A stretch of DNA of 63,992 nt, filler included, from Neoconidiobolus thromboides FSU 785 (taxonomy: Eukaryota > Fungi > Entomophthoromycota): NCBI GenBank assembly GCA_025603075.1. It is 5 parts of 5 records of this genome, joined end to end, with 100 filler letters (N's around TTAATTAATTAA, not from the genome) between each part and the next. Parts side by side here need not be neighbours in the genome. Positions count along the whole stretch, not along the records: positions 1 to 23,842 come from MU626523.1; 4 more parts are not named here. One strand, 5' to 3'. The notes under the pieces are model-generated. The model worked only from the letters and a program-made list of their open reading frames with translations, was not told the DNA's origin and made no database searches. Of this stretch, positions 1 through 12,367 are shown piece by piece. The first letter of the stretch is position 1, and the number at the start of each line of letters is the position of its first letter. A program made the position numbers and the translations under genes.

Positions 1-170
1 ATGTAGCTGGTATTGTTGCTGACTATATTTCCCTTGATCAAGTTAAATTCACCCCAGAAACCCTTTCTTCTAAATTGACTACCTTATCAAATAAGGATGC
101 TATTGCTAATTTACCAAAAGACACCCCTAATCTTTTAGCTCGTAATATTGCCCCTCCTACTTGGAATTAA
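1..170 (+). CDS. 3' end of a subtilisin (S8A) gene, tandem paralog of 2047-3246; truncated by the window start
   Basis: Matches 3077-3246 with 5 mismatches in 170 nt; reads (H)VAGIVADYISLDQ...APPTWN-stop (TAA 168-170). Confidence 0.95.
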   Translation, partial: VAGIVADYISLDQVKFTPETLSSKLTTLSNKDAIANLPKDTPNLLARNIAPPTWN

Positions 171-2046
171 GCTTATGTAAAATTTAAATAAATTAATTAT
201 CTTCTTATATTCTTATTTAATTCTTAAATAACCTTCCATTTGTAAAAACGATTGCTCAAAACTTAGAAATTCGATTGCATTAGTAGCCACCTATGTCTTT
301 AACTTCAATTTTATTAAGATTTTGTATACTCCATTTTTTAACTTTTTTAAATGTTTTATTAAGCTTTTGGATCTTAAATATTAAAACCTTAAAATAACAT
401 AGCAAATATTTTACTGTTTCATAAAAAAACTTTAGGCAATAAAGTTTTCACCATTTGATATAACTTTCATAATGTCCATTCATACTACAGATAGCTATGT
501 ATTCATCTATTGTGTACTATTCTATTTGAATTCGGCTCATATTCAGAATTCAGACCTTTTTTATGGTTATAAAATCTTTTATACAAATTTAAATAATAAG
601 TAGCAACAGTTGTGTACTTTTAAAATACAATATATCTTTTATTCCAAATATATATGTTGATGACATATTTAGTGTTTCAAGGCTATCATATCCTTATCAT
701 CATAGTCAATCAACTTTTAAAGTCTGTTGTTGATGATAGTGTTTTCAATGAGCCGTTTACAAAAATAATCATACAAAAAAATATGGAAATAGTATTTCGA
801 GATTCTTATTGCTTTGCAATAAAGTTTTTTATTCTGTTACAATAATTAAAGAATTTCAAATTTCAAACATAATCGTTGCTCACTACCAGTTATTCACCAA
901 TACCAGTCCTTTATGTTATATAGGGTCTTACGAGCAACAGAACATTTGTAATTCGAAATTTTGAGTTTTCATCCCAAGACAAGAAAAGTAAATTTTGATT
1001 TTATCACAAGATTTTTTCGAGCCATTTAATTTGCTGCTTTCTTATATAGAACAATAGTACTTTAGTTATTATATTGAAATTTTGGTTAGCTTAAACCATT
1101 GTTTTGGTTTCTTTGTACTTATAAGTAATCTTCCGTATGAATAACTTAAATGGAGCTATTCTAATTCTTTTATCTTTTTTAGTTATAGAGATTTTAATTT
1201 TTAATTTTTCTATTAGTTTCGAACATCTTATAACTTCTAAAATAAATTAATAGAGTTAAAGTCTAATTTGAAGTAATTAGTGCTTATTTTTATAATCAAC
1301 AATTTGTACAATTATGATGATTTACAGCTCAACTTCCAATATTTTATTATAGAATAAACAGTTAGTCACTACACAAATAAAATTTAATAATTATAAATTC
1401 ATTTGATTTTGATTACGAAAATTATACTTAATAATTTACCTTTAAAAGTAGAAATCCAAGAATTATAAAGAATAAACTCCTTTATTATGTTTGGATTAAA
1501 GGCGTAATTTATTTCAAAAATGAAATAAGAGGATTTAACATTATACTACATTTAGTTGTTATATATTAAACAAAACCTCATAAAGCTAAGTAAAAATTGT
1601 AATATATTACAACATATTTATCAATGGCACTATAATATTATAAAATTTTCAATTGAAATTACTATATAGCAAATGACCAATTTTTAAAAAAATCTGGAAC
1701 AGAAAAATACTAAAAGCATGATCGTTTTTATAGTAAACAGGTTAAATTTAATTAGTAAGTAAACTTGTATTAAAATGTAATATGAAATAATGGTTTTTTA
1801 ATTAGCTAAAGATAAAATCTAATTTAACAATAAAATGAAACAATTTCACAATATGACTTAAAGAATAGAATTAAAGTCATGGTCTGTTTTTTATATTTTT
1901 GGTACGGTTTTTGTTTTCCACTTCAAGTCAGATGAAGAGTTGTTATCAATATGGTTTCATAATAATGGCTGACTAAAAGGTATATAAAGCGGGTTACTTT
2001 CCATGTTATAATGTATCAATTACAATTATTTAAACATAATATAATA

Positions 2047-3246
2047 ATGCAATTCTCTAATATTTTGTTAATCGCTGGTACTCTTTTAAGTGCTCTTGCT
2101 GGAGTTTCAGCTGAAAAATTCATTGTTCGCTTCAAAGAGAACAATTCTCGTATCTCCCTTTCCGATATACATTACACTAACTTGAGTGCTAAAATCCAAG
2201 AATTAAATGGGAACTCTCGTTTAGCCCCATCCAATACTGTAAATTATAAATTCGACACTGTCTTTAATGGTTATTCCGGTGATTTTAATGCTGAGTTAGT
2301 TAACTGGATTAAATCTCAACCTGAGGTTGAATACGTTAACAAACAAGTTAGACATTCAGCAAATGCTTTACAATCTGATGCTCCATGGGGTTTAACTCGT
2401 ATTTCATCTGCTAAAAAATATACTGATGCTGTTAAAGGTGAATATAGATATGTTTCTGAAACTGGTCAAGGAGTAGATGTTTATGTACTTGATACCGGTA
2501 TCAACTTCAAACATATTGATTTTGAAGGTCGTGCAAGATGGGGTAAAACCTTTGCTGAAAATTCTACCGATGATGATGTACACGGTCATGGTACTCATGT
2601 AGCTGGTACTATTGCTGGTCGTAAATATGGTGTTTCAAAAGGTGCCAATGTTATTGCCGTAAAAGTTTTAGGTGATGATGGTTATGGAAGTACTGAAGAA
2701 GTTGTTGCTGGTATTGAATGGGTGGTTAAGAACCCACCACGTTGGGGTACTCCAATCAAAGGAAAGGTCATTAACATGTCACTTGGTGGTGACCTCGATC
2801 TTGCTCTTAATGAAGCTGTAAACAAGGCAGTTGACGCTGGTGTACATATTGTTGTTGCTGCTGGTAATGAATCTACTGATGCTTGTACTAAATCACCAGC
2901 ATCAGCTGAAAAAGCAATTACCGTTGGTGCTACTACTATTGATGATACTTTAGCTTACTTTTCCAACTATGGGAAATGTGTTGATATTCTCGCACCAGGC
3001 CGCTATATCTTATCAGCATGGATTGGATCCAATCAAGCTACTAAGAATATCTCAGGTACTTCCATGGCTTCACCACATGTAGCTGGTATTGTTGCTGACT
3101 ATATTTCCCTTGATCAAGTTAAATTCACCCCAGAAACCCTTTCTTCTAAATTGACTACCTTATCAAATAAGAATGCTATTGCTAATTTACCAAAAGATAC
3201 TCCAAATCTTTTAGCTCGTAATATTGCTCCTCCTACTTGGAATTAA
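2047..3246 (+). CDS. Secreted subtilisin-like serine protease (S8A, proteinase K-like) with I9-type propeptide
   Basis: Signal peptide MQFSNILLIAGTLLSALAGVSA from ATG 2047 (preferred over 2011; TATATAAA at 1981). Triad motifs VYVLDTG, HGHGTHVAG, GTSMASPHVAG. Intronless. Confidence 0.97.
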   Translation: MQFSNILLIAGTLLSALAGVSAEKFIVRFKENNSRISLSDIHYTNLSAKIQELNGNSRLAPSNTVNYKFDTVFNGYSGDFNAELVNWIKSQPEVEYVNKQVRHSANALQSDAPWGLTRISSAKKYTDAVKGEYRYVSETGQGVDVYVLDTGINFKHIDFEGRARWGKTFAENSTDDDVHGHGTHVAGTIAGRKYGVSKGANVIAVKVLGDDGYGSTEEVVAGIEWVVKNPPRWGTPIKGKVINMSLGGDLDLALNEAVNKAVDAGVHIVVAAGNESTDACTKSPASAEKAITVGATTIDDTLAYFSNYGKCVDILAPGRYILSAWIGSNQATKNISGTSMASPHVAGIVADYISLDQVKFTPETLSSKLTTLSNKNAIANLPKDTPNLLARNIAPPTWN

Positions 3247-3982
3247 AAGTTTTGTAAATAAATAATATCATGCTATCTTTATTGAATGCTATTTAATGCA
3301 AATTTAATTACATGAATTTTTGTCTTAGATTTAATCATTAGTAATTTTTTTTAGTTAATATTAAGTTTACTAACATTTCTTATTGATATTTGTTTTCATA
3401 TGATCTCTTCCTCTTAAGTTTGTTTGTTTAACGCTTTACTCAACGTGATCAACTTTTGGATAGTAGTAAATTGGCTACCTTTTTTGCAATCAGCTGCTTT
3501 TTTAAACTGAAAAGATTGACTCAATTTAATTTTTAAGTTGTGGCACTGCCAATTAAAACGAGTATAATTTTTAATATCCAATAAAAAGGATATAATGCCA
3601 ACGTTTATTTATGTAAATAGTTATTGGAAAAATACAAAAATGGAAAAAGGCAGCTTATTTAGGTTAGTAAGCTTTATTGAAAACTAAAGCAAATAATCAA
3701 CAGCATGAGGTAAAATAACTAGGTTAACAAACATTGCGACTACTGTTTGTGTTTTTAAAATATTCCTAAAAAATTCACATAACACCATAACGTTTTAATT
3801 TATATTAACAAACTCGAGGAAAATTGAAGGTAATGTTGAAGAAATTATATAAATAAACCACATTTTGTTTTTTTTTAAAATATATTTTTTATTTCATACC
3901 TTTGTATTTCGTTTTAAAACCTTGTTGAACTTTTTTTAAAAGTTGTTTTAGTTATTGTATTATTGAATTTTAGATTTTTATC

Positions 3983-4531
3983 ATGCCTCAAAACACTTTT
4001 CTCTTATCTATTACTTTATCCACTGCTTTCGTTGATAGTTTTAATGACCTTCTTTCAAATAATGCTACTAATACCGCTACTAACTCAAACACTAATGTCA
4101 ATAACACCGTAAATGTCAACCCCTTACCAATAACAAATTTAAATCCATCATTGAACTACCCTTCAAGCAGTTTACCTTTGTTTACTCCTTTAATGTTAAA
4201 TAATATTCCAATTAGACGACCAATTTCAATCCCAGAAGAAATCGAAGGCGATGTTGAAGAAGATGAAGGATTTAATACTGATGATTGCCTGGATGATGAC
4301 TTAGAATCATTATATAATTATAGTCCAACTCCTGAGCCAAGAGTTCAAAAGAGGAGAATAACATCTAGCCATATCTTTAACGATGCTGATGAACCTTTAT
4401 TTAAGATCAAACGTACTAATGCTAATTTAAGAAAAAAATCAGTTATGATTAGTAACTTAAACCAAGGTGCTTGGCATTGTCATCAGTATCGATTACCTAG
4501 ATCTACTTGGAGAAGACATTCTTTTTACTAA
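3983..4531 (+). CDS. Hypothetical, mostly disordered 182-aa protein
   Basis: ATG-started ORF, less AT-rich than its flanks; Asn/Pro-rich, acidic patch, basic KRR, aromatic C-terminal motif. No family recognised. Confidence 0.7.
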   Translation: MPQNTFLLSITLSTAFVDSFNDLLSNNATNTATNSNTNVNNTVNVNPLPITNLNPSLNYPSSSLPLFTPLMLNNIPIRRPISIPEEIEGDVEEDEGFNTDDCLDDDLESLYNYSPTPEPRVQKRRITSSHIFNDADEPLFKIKRTNANLRKKSVMISNLNQGAWHCHQYRLPRSTWRRHSFY

Positions 4532-5440
4532 TTTGATTTTGTTTTTCTATTTCGCTTTGCTTTTTTTTTGCTTTTTCTGTAAATTAAATGTACTTGTAAT
4601 TAAATTTATTTGTTTTTTTTTTACATATTAAATTAATATCATTTTCATAATCTTACTCAAAAATGATATTTAGTGTTACTTACACTGTTAGTGATGACAT
4701 GTTTTATTATTTAGTAATAAATGTGTAGGTTTTTTTAGATGGTTAACTGAAATATTTAATATAAATCATAAATTTTGTTTACGTATATTTTTACAACAAA
4801 ATAATGTATATCATTTTAATAAATTTATCTCAATAAAAGGAACAGATTTAATTATTAACTATTATATTAGTAAACAGTTTTAGTAGTTTAATTCAATGCA
4901 CAGTTTGTTTTTAATTAAACATTCTTAATAATTCAAAATTTTAAGTTACAAATTAACCTTGATAACTCTATAAGATAAATTAACTCAAAATTATTAATAA
5001 CCTATTTGATTAAATAGAAAAATAATTAAATCTTCCAAATTCAATATTAAGGCTAATTAAAATCATTGTTTATTATATTAAATAAACTTTCCTGTCATCA
5101 AATTCTATGCAATTTCTAACGTAAAATTGGTGGGGAATAAAACTAACTGGATTTGACCAAGGTAGGTATTAGGATGTATTGAATTTCAAATCGGTGCATT
5201 AAAATGTGATGTATATACAACTACAGTATCTATAAAATAGTTAATGAAGAATAATTATTAATCATTAATGAAACGGAAATTTAAATTTTTTAAGGATTTT
5301 GTTAACTTTAAACTTAAGAATCGTAGATTCCAAATGCTTTATTTATAGGAAAACTTAAAAATCGTAGAAAAGGTGATATGAGAGGAATTTGATTTTTGGA
5401 TAAAAAATAATAAGGCTTTTAATTTTTAACTTCAATAAAT

Positions 5441-6866
5441 TTAAAATCCATAATACCATTTTAAATGTGATACATCATGAAATTTTAAGATAGCCTGCTG
5501 GTCCTTCAATTTTGGTAAATAATAATAATAATAAGAATATCTAAGATTAGGTGCTAATGACAATATTGATTCACTAAATTTATTTAAACTAAGTTCATCG
5601 TTATCATTAAAAGTACAGAAATTGTTGACTTGTGCTTGTTCAAGTTGATTTAAGTAGTAGTCATTATTAAAAGAGCCTATTTTTGAATTAAGCAATGGAA
5701 GCGATAGAGAAGATATAGTATCAAAATGACAATCAGCAATATTTAAATGTTGCAACCTCTTGCATAATCGTTGTAGAAATTGAATAAGCGTATAGCTTAT
5801 ATTGAATTCATTTATACTTATTTTAGTTAGATTGCTTGGTTTATTAGGATAAATCTCATCTAATAATAAATAATCCGGCAATGTTAATGAATCCGAGAGT
5901 AATGTAAGACACGTTAAATTTGGCAAATTAAATATTGAATAAAGTAATCGGAATGACATACAAGGATGGCCCTTGACTAAAATACTGACCAATTTTGGAA
6001 ATTGTTTTCTGTCTATAATGTAGTTTTTTAATCTTGTTTTATTAAGCTCTAAATACTTCAAATTGGATATACTATCAAACCCAATACTGCTCATTTTACT
6101 TAGTATTAACTCTTGAAGATTAGGCATATGATCAAAACTAATTTTCAAAACACCTGCTTTATATGAACATAAATTATGGATGTTTAAATATTCCAAGTGA
6201 TTAAGTTGAGCAGTTTCGATATGTTTAATGTCTTTGAAGTTAGCATTATTAGTTGTCAATGTCAATTGAACAACACAGCTCATCTTACTCAATATAGTGC
6301 TATGCAAATGAGATGATTTACTATCTGAACGTAACTCCAGATATCGTGCCTTATTGGAAATATATGGTAGTAATAAATTAAAAAACTTTTTGCATGGTTC
6401 TACCACATTCAAATAATTTATACCATTTAGTTTTGTATAGAACAACTTTAGATTGATATCAAATGATGTCTCCTTCTCTATACTACACAATGAATTATTT
6501 TTTATTTCCTTAGGCTCGCCTTTACCAAAAGTAAGTCCAACTAACTCTAAGTGTGATAATTGCCTGAACCGCTTGATGTATACAATGGTGCTAATAGTAG
6601 GCTTAATTAAATTAGGATAGTTGTTTATATGAAAATTTAGATTATAGTAATCATGTATGACAATATGTTTTACATATTTATTGTATCTCAATTTTTTGTT
6701 ACCGTAATAGCTATCATAATTGCTAAAAAAACTTTAATTCTATAACCATTGGTAAAAATATCTGATGAAACTCCTTAGATATTAATAATAGGTTGCATTT
6801 GTCTTCACTTCTTAAATAACTGGCAATTTCTTTTAAATTAGCACTTGGTAAACTTCGTAATAACAT
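5441..6866 (-). pseudogene. F-box/LRR-like gene (family A) with a +1 frameshift: pseudogene or homopolymer sequencing error
   Basis: ATG 6866 gives MLLRSLPSANLKEIASYLRSEDKCNLLLISKEF, which aligns with the paralog at 9393. An A7 run at 6725-6731 creates TAG; removing one base fuses this with the 416-aa ORF. Confidence 0.85.
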
Positions 6867-7427
6867 TATTAAATTTGAAAAGGCTAAAGGACCTATTATT
6901 TAGCTTTTATATTATTTCTTTACGCAGTAAACATGAATTCTTTATGTATGAAAATATTAGTGACTATTTATCTGATTATAAAATCACTTAATATAGCATA
7001 TAAACTTAATTCAGATTTTTATTAAAATCAAGGTTTTAAATGCCATAGTACTTCTAATTTATTCTATGATTTTCCGATTAAAGCAACTCCTTTATTTTGT
7101 ATTCTTATCTTGGGTTTCCTCCTTATAAGTGCTATTTATAACTAATTCCTATTAAAATAAATATTACTAAATTTTAGAAAAAAATAAACCTTTAGGATAA
7201 GAGGTTTATGCCCTAAGTAGAAAGAAGTTGGATTAAGATTTTGGTGTCAAAAGTTGATTTAAAATATAAAGATTTAAAAAAGCAGAAGAACATCTCAAAG
7301 AGGCTTGAATTGATCCCGAGTTCATATGGGTGTAGTCTCCAAAGAACATAATTAATGTGATAGGCAAATTGTAAAGTGAACTCTATATTTAATAGAACTA
7401 TTAGCAATCTAAAAAAGTTCATTATAT

Positions 7428-7526
7428 GGAGGTGTTTTTTTTGACTTCATTACTTTTTCTATCTTTTAAGCGCTATTTGAGTGGGAAAATTACTAGCAAA
7501 ATTATTAAACACAAAAACATATCCCC
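7428..7526. mobile_element. MITE copy (GGGGATGT family)
   Basis: Terminal inverted repeats (TIRs), ATAT TSD on both sides, internal AAGCGCTATTTGAGTGG core. Confidence 0.9.
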
Positions 7527-7953
7527 ATATGCTTAAATAGCATAAAGCAAATTTTTCTGTTAAATATATTTTATGCTTGACAAAAAACGGCGCTCTTAAA
7601 TTAAAAACCCTTCTAATACAATTTTGATTACATAAACATTCCTATACCCATCCAAATTCTAACTTACCTTATATATTTATATTTTAATCTCAATATTTTT
7701 ACATTCATTAATTAAACAATTGGGACTTCGTGTCTTTCGGGAGTTTTTAAAGTTAGTTATTTCTTCTTTGTTGACTTTATTAGTTCACTTTCGATGACAA
7801 ATATATTTTGAATATTCTTCTACCAAGGATATAAAAATATATCATTCAATATTTTCTTTTTATACTTTATTTTGTTAGAAAACAAACTAAAAAACAAAGA
7901 AAATGAACAAACATTTCCTTTTAGATAACATTAATAAAACATTTATTAAAAGA

Positions 7954-9393
7954 TCAATTATAATAACGATGTATATAATACTGACATGAATGAGATATGG
8001 TATAGAATTTTAGAATGGCCTTATAATTCTTCAATTTTGGTAAATGAATATAATAATTATAATATTTAAGGTTAGGTGCTAATACTAATATAGCTTCACT
8101 AAATTTACTTAAATTATACTCATCATCATCCTGATAGCTATAAAAGTTATTAATTTGTATTTGCTCAAGCTGATTTAAGTAGTAATCATTATTAAAGGAA
8201 TCCATATTTGGTTTAGGTAACAGACACGGTATAGAAGATATAGCATTAAAATAACAATGCGAGATAACTAATTGTTGTAACTTTTTACATGATTTTTGTA
8301 AAAACTGAATAAATGCGTAGCTTATATTAAATCCATCTAAGCTTATTTTGACTAAATTGTTTCTTTTATTAGGATAAACCTCACTTAGTAATAAATAATC
8401 TAGTACCACTATTGAATGTGAATGAAGTGTAAGGCACGTTAAATTTGATAAATTAAATATGGAATAAAGCAATCGGAATGAATAACAATAATAATGATTA
8501 AGTAAAACACCAATTAATTTAGGAAATTGTTTGTTCTTTATAAAAGCACACTTTAATTTTGTTCTATTAAGTTCTAAATATCTTAAATTAGATACTCCAG
8601 TAAACTCTACGTTATCCATTTGACTTAATATTAACTCTTGCAAATTAGGCATATAGTCAAAATTGATCTTTAATGTATTGATCTTATATAAGCATAAACC
8701 ATCAATATGCAACTGTCTTAAATGATAAAGTTGAATTGTTTCCACATATTTAAGGTCCTTAAAATTTGCCTCGTTAATTGTCAATTTTAACTGAATAACG
8801 TTTTTCATCTTATTCAAGATAGTATTATGTAACTGGGGCGATTTACTATTGGAATACAGTACTAAAGATTTTACATTATTGGATATATGTGGCAATAATA
8901 AATCAAAAAACCTTTTACATGGTTTTGTTACGCTTAAATATTTGATACCGCCTAACTTTCTGTGAAATAACTCTAAATCAATATCAAATACCCCCCCTTT
9001 TTTTGAGTTAGTTATCAAATTACTCTTTATATCTTTCAACTCATGTTTACCATAAATAAGTCCAGTTAATTCTAAGTGAGATAATTGATTAAATCGTTTA
9101 ATATATTCAAGAGCATTAATGGTAATTTTAGTTAAATTGGGGTAGTTTATTACATTAAAATCAAAATTTAGAAAATTATAAATAATAACATGTTTTATAT
9201 ACTTATGATATTTTAACATTTTAACATTACTTCGAACATCTGTATACTCATCATACACTTTTATTTCTACAATTATTGGTAGAAATGATTGATACCATTC
9301 TCTACATGTCAGCAGCAGGTTGTATTTATCTTTTTCCCTTAGATATCGAACGACTTGTTTTAAATTAAAATTAGTTAAATTTTGCACTAACAT
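7954..9393 (-). CDS. F-box/LRR-like protein (family A), tandem paralog of 5441-6866
   Basis: ATG at 9393 (the track starts at a TTG). N-terminus LTNFNLKQVVRYLREKDKYNLLLTCREWY is F-box-like, followed by LxxLxL repeats. Intronless. Confidence 0.85.
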   Translation of the reverse strand: MLVQNLTNFNLKQVVRYLREKDKYNLLLTCREWYQSFLPIIVEIKVYDEYTDVRSNVKMLKYHKYIKHVIIYNFLNFDFNVINYPNLTKITINALEYIKRFNQLSHLELTGLIYGKHELKDIKSNLITNSKKGGVFDIDLELFHRKLGGIKYLSVTKPCKRFFDLLLPHISNNVKSLVLYSNSKSPQLHNTILNKMKNVIQLKLTINEANFKDLKYVETIQLYHLRQLHIDGLCLYKINTLKINFDYMPNLQELILSQMDNVEFTGVSNLRYLELNRTKLKCAFIKNKQFPKLIGVLLNHYYCYSFRLLYSIFNLSNLTCLTLHSHSIVVLDYLLLSEVYPNKRNNLVKISLDGFNISYAFIQFLQKSCKKLQQLVISHCYFNAISSIPCLLPKPNMDSFNNDYYLNQLEQIQINNFYSYQDDDEYNLSKFSEAILVLAPNLKYYNYYIHLPKLKNYKAILKFYTISHSCQYYIHRYYN

Positions 9394-10520
9394 TGTCAAT
9401 GTTTGAAAAGATTAAAAAGTAAGCTATTTCAGTTTTAAACCATTATTTTAATGTAAGCATGAATTCATTATAATTTTAAAATAGCCAATCAATAGCCAGT
9501 GAATTGTGCAATCAAAGAAACTCAAATATTTTAAAATGTTAAAGTTAGAATTATATAAAATACTAGTTAGAACCAAATATTATAAAGATTAAATAAAATC
9601 TGATTGAGGTCATTTTCTAAGCTTGAGGTCTCTAAAAGCAGTTAAAATTTTTAGCGGAATTCATTGTATATCACATAAAACAAAAGACAAAGTAAAAAAC
9701 AAAAATTTACTTTTAGCATTAAGCCAATTTTTGCTTACCTTTGCAACTAACAATCTCTCATGCTCAAAAGTATTTTAAACTTTACGCTATTTTTGTCCCA
9801 TTATTAAGTACTCATCACATCCACCAGTCCATGCCCATCTTTTTTATTTATTTGAAGTTATCTAATACAAGCCTTCCATTTTTTGCAGCTATTTTACTGT
9901 CCCTTTTGCTTCTAAAGAAAAGCATTTATCAAACTCTTGATACTTAAAATCCTTCAAAGCCCTCTTATTTCGAATATATTAGATGTATATATACATATTA
10001 TGAAAAATTGGAAAACTAAGCTAAACAGCTAGGAAGTACTAAAATTTTATTTGTTGTTAGCTGATAGAATGAAGGATATGTGAACTAAGGTACTGAATTA
10101 ATTAGCAACCTATCCAAGTCAACAATAAGATTTTATCCAATTCTTTATGAAGTTGAATGTTTAAATCTAACATAATAGGCGCGATAATTAATAAATGACT
10201 TTTAGGTTTATAGTCAATATCTAAAATTAACTTATCTAAAGCAAAACTCTCACTGTTAATTACTCCCAAATTTGAGAAGAAGGATAAGAGGAAAGCAAAT
10301 TCATTAAGCGTAAGTCTATAAACATAGTCAATTAGAATTTGCTTTATAAAATTACAGCTATATGGGTTATATTCAGCAATATCACTAATATGATTTCTAT
10401 TAAAATCAAATTATTTTGTATTTTTTGAAGAGGATGATTTTAAATTTCAATATGAATATTATAGATGTTTGGCAATAAAAAGTTGCTTTCGGTAATTTGC
10501 TTGATATATTTACAATATAT

Positions 10521-10618
10521 GGGGATGTTTTTTTTGGCTTCATCACTTTTTCCATTTTTAAATACTATTTAAACAGAAAGATTGTTAGTAAAACTCTCAA
10601 ACTAAAAAATACATTCCC
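10521..10618. mobile_element. MITE copy
   Basis: GGGGATGT...ACATTCCC, ATAT TSD. Confidence 0.9.
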
Positions 10619-10693
10619 ATATATTTCTTTTAATGCTGATAAGTTTAAAAAGTGGAATTAGCTGATTTAGAAAAATAAAGATAACTTAAATAA

Positions 10694-11144
10694 TTAAGAT
10701 CTACCTTGAATTACATCCACGTTATCTTCATCAACTCCCAAAGTACCACTATAAGTATCGAATAACTTTATATTTTTCAATTCAAGATCATCAAAATAAC
10801 TGGTATCAAAAATAGTGTTGAACGTGTTTTGAATTGTTGAATCTAAACCGGAAGTAAGCTTTATATATGTGTTCAACCTAGTTAGACAGTAAATAGCACT
10901 CTGCCCTCTTAGATACAATATTTCTAAATTATTGAACTCGATTTTGATTCTATTTAAATCCAAAAGTGAATTCGTTACTAGAAATTAGAATGAGAGACTT
11001 TAAATCAACTGAGGTTAAATACTTGATAATACCTTTGACAAGTAAGCTATCACAAAAAAGACCCAAAATTTCGACTTGATTTAAACAATCTTTAAATATG
11101 CTTAATAATAAAGAATTTAAAAAAAATAAAACAATTATAATCAC
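10694..11144 (-). pseudogene. Frameshifted internal fragment of a family B F-box/LRR gene
   Basis: Two overlapping non-ATG ORFs joined near 10960 read LSIFKDCLNQVEILGLFCDSLLVKGIIKYLTSVDLKSLILISS / NSLLDLNRIKIEFNNLEILYL. This aligns with LSFKYLFNQIESFSIQSDTIDVDIIVNYFNEEKLKYLTIISN...LTQLRNKFVNLKYFLI of 28794-30110. Confidence 0.65.
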
Positions 11145-11635
11145 TTTTTTGACTTTTGTAGTTGAACTTCAACTCTAAGTTTAATTTGAAATAAATAATA
11201 AAAAATAAATTCAATTAATAATTTACATAATTGACAATATTATGATTTATAGTCAGATCCTTTATCATCCTGCTATCATTTAAAATAAACCCTTTGTGAA
11301 TCTTTTTATATTGATTATTTTAACACTAATTTTAATTTTTTTATAAACTAGTTATAATTAATTAAGCTACATATCAAAATCAAATCTAAATCTAAATCTA
11401 AATATTTGAAATTATTTATTGTTTAATTGTTTAATCAATATTAATTAAACATAATTAGGAGTTAATTGTTTACTATTAAACTAAAAAAATCATTAACAAA
11501 AATCATATATTAAACAACTAGTATAAAATCATTATATTATATTATGTAGAAAGTCAAAAAAACAAATGAAAATAAAGTTATTTATTAAGAGCAGTAGATA
11601 TAGTAAAAAACATACTAATAAAGCATTAAACTAAT

Positions 11636-11731
11636 GGGGATGTATTTTTTTGTTTAAAAATTTTACCAACAATCTTTCCACTCAAATAGCGCTAAAAAAC
11701 CGGAAAAATAATGAAATCAAAAAACATCTCC
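11636..11731. mobile_element. MITE copy
   Basis: GGGGATGT...ACATCTCC, TAAT TSD. Confidence 0.9.
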
Positions 11732-11944
11732 TAATTATGAGGTTGTTTAAATTAATATCAAAATTTAACTTAATTTAATTTAATTTTTTACAAAGTTAGT
11801 TTTAATAAATTAAAATGATTGAATAAAATATCATTGCTATTTAATTTTAAGATATCTTTATAAATATTAACTAATTTGATATTTTTTAATTTTTTATTAT
11901 TATAACTAATATTTATTAATTAGTTTTTATTATCAATTAAATAT

Positions 11945-12367
11945 TGTGAAATATCCCTTTGCCAGTTCTATAATTGATTGTAATATAACAATCACCTAAG
12001 TTGTCTTCCCGAGCTCAGGTACAATTAACCCCGAACCTTTTATTTTAATTTGGTATAGGAATTTCTGTCATCCGATTCCGAAAGATATTATCTTCCCGCT
12101 TTGATATCCATACTTGTTGAAGTATAAGAGATTTTAGAATATAATAACTCAAGGCTTTTTAATTGAATTGTTCCCTGATATTGCACCTTTAATAAAGCTA
12201 CTAAATATTTTTGATAGTATTCTACGTAGATCTTATAGTAGTATTGTCTATTCTATTTGTCTTACATAGTCCTTACCCTATTACGTGCTATTCTTAATGA
12301 TTCAAGTCTATCTTAGTTACATAAACCAAGACCTTTTAACTCCAACCAGTGAGTACCAGATTTCACA
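11945..12367 (+). mobile_element. Solo LTR (family LTR-A), diverged, ~40-nt internal deletion, no TSD
   Basis: TGTGAAAT...ATTTCACA termini; colinear with 54941-55404; flanks ATAT/CTCA do not match. Confidence 0.85.

Noticed and set aside
600-1200. Possible protein-kinase relic on the minus strand (KLIDYD-like word)
   Set aside because: One short motif in a stop-ridden frame; no other kinase motifs visible.
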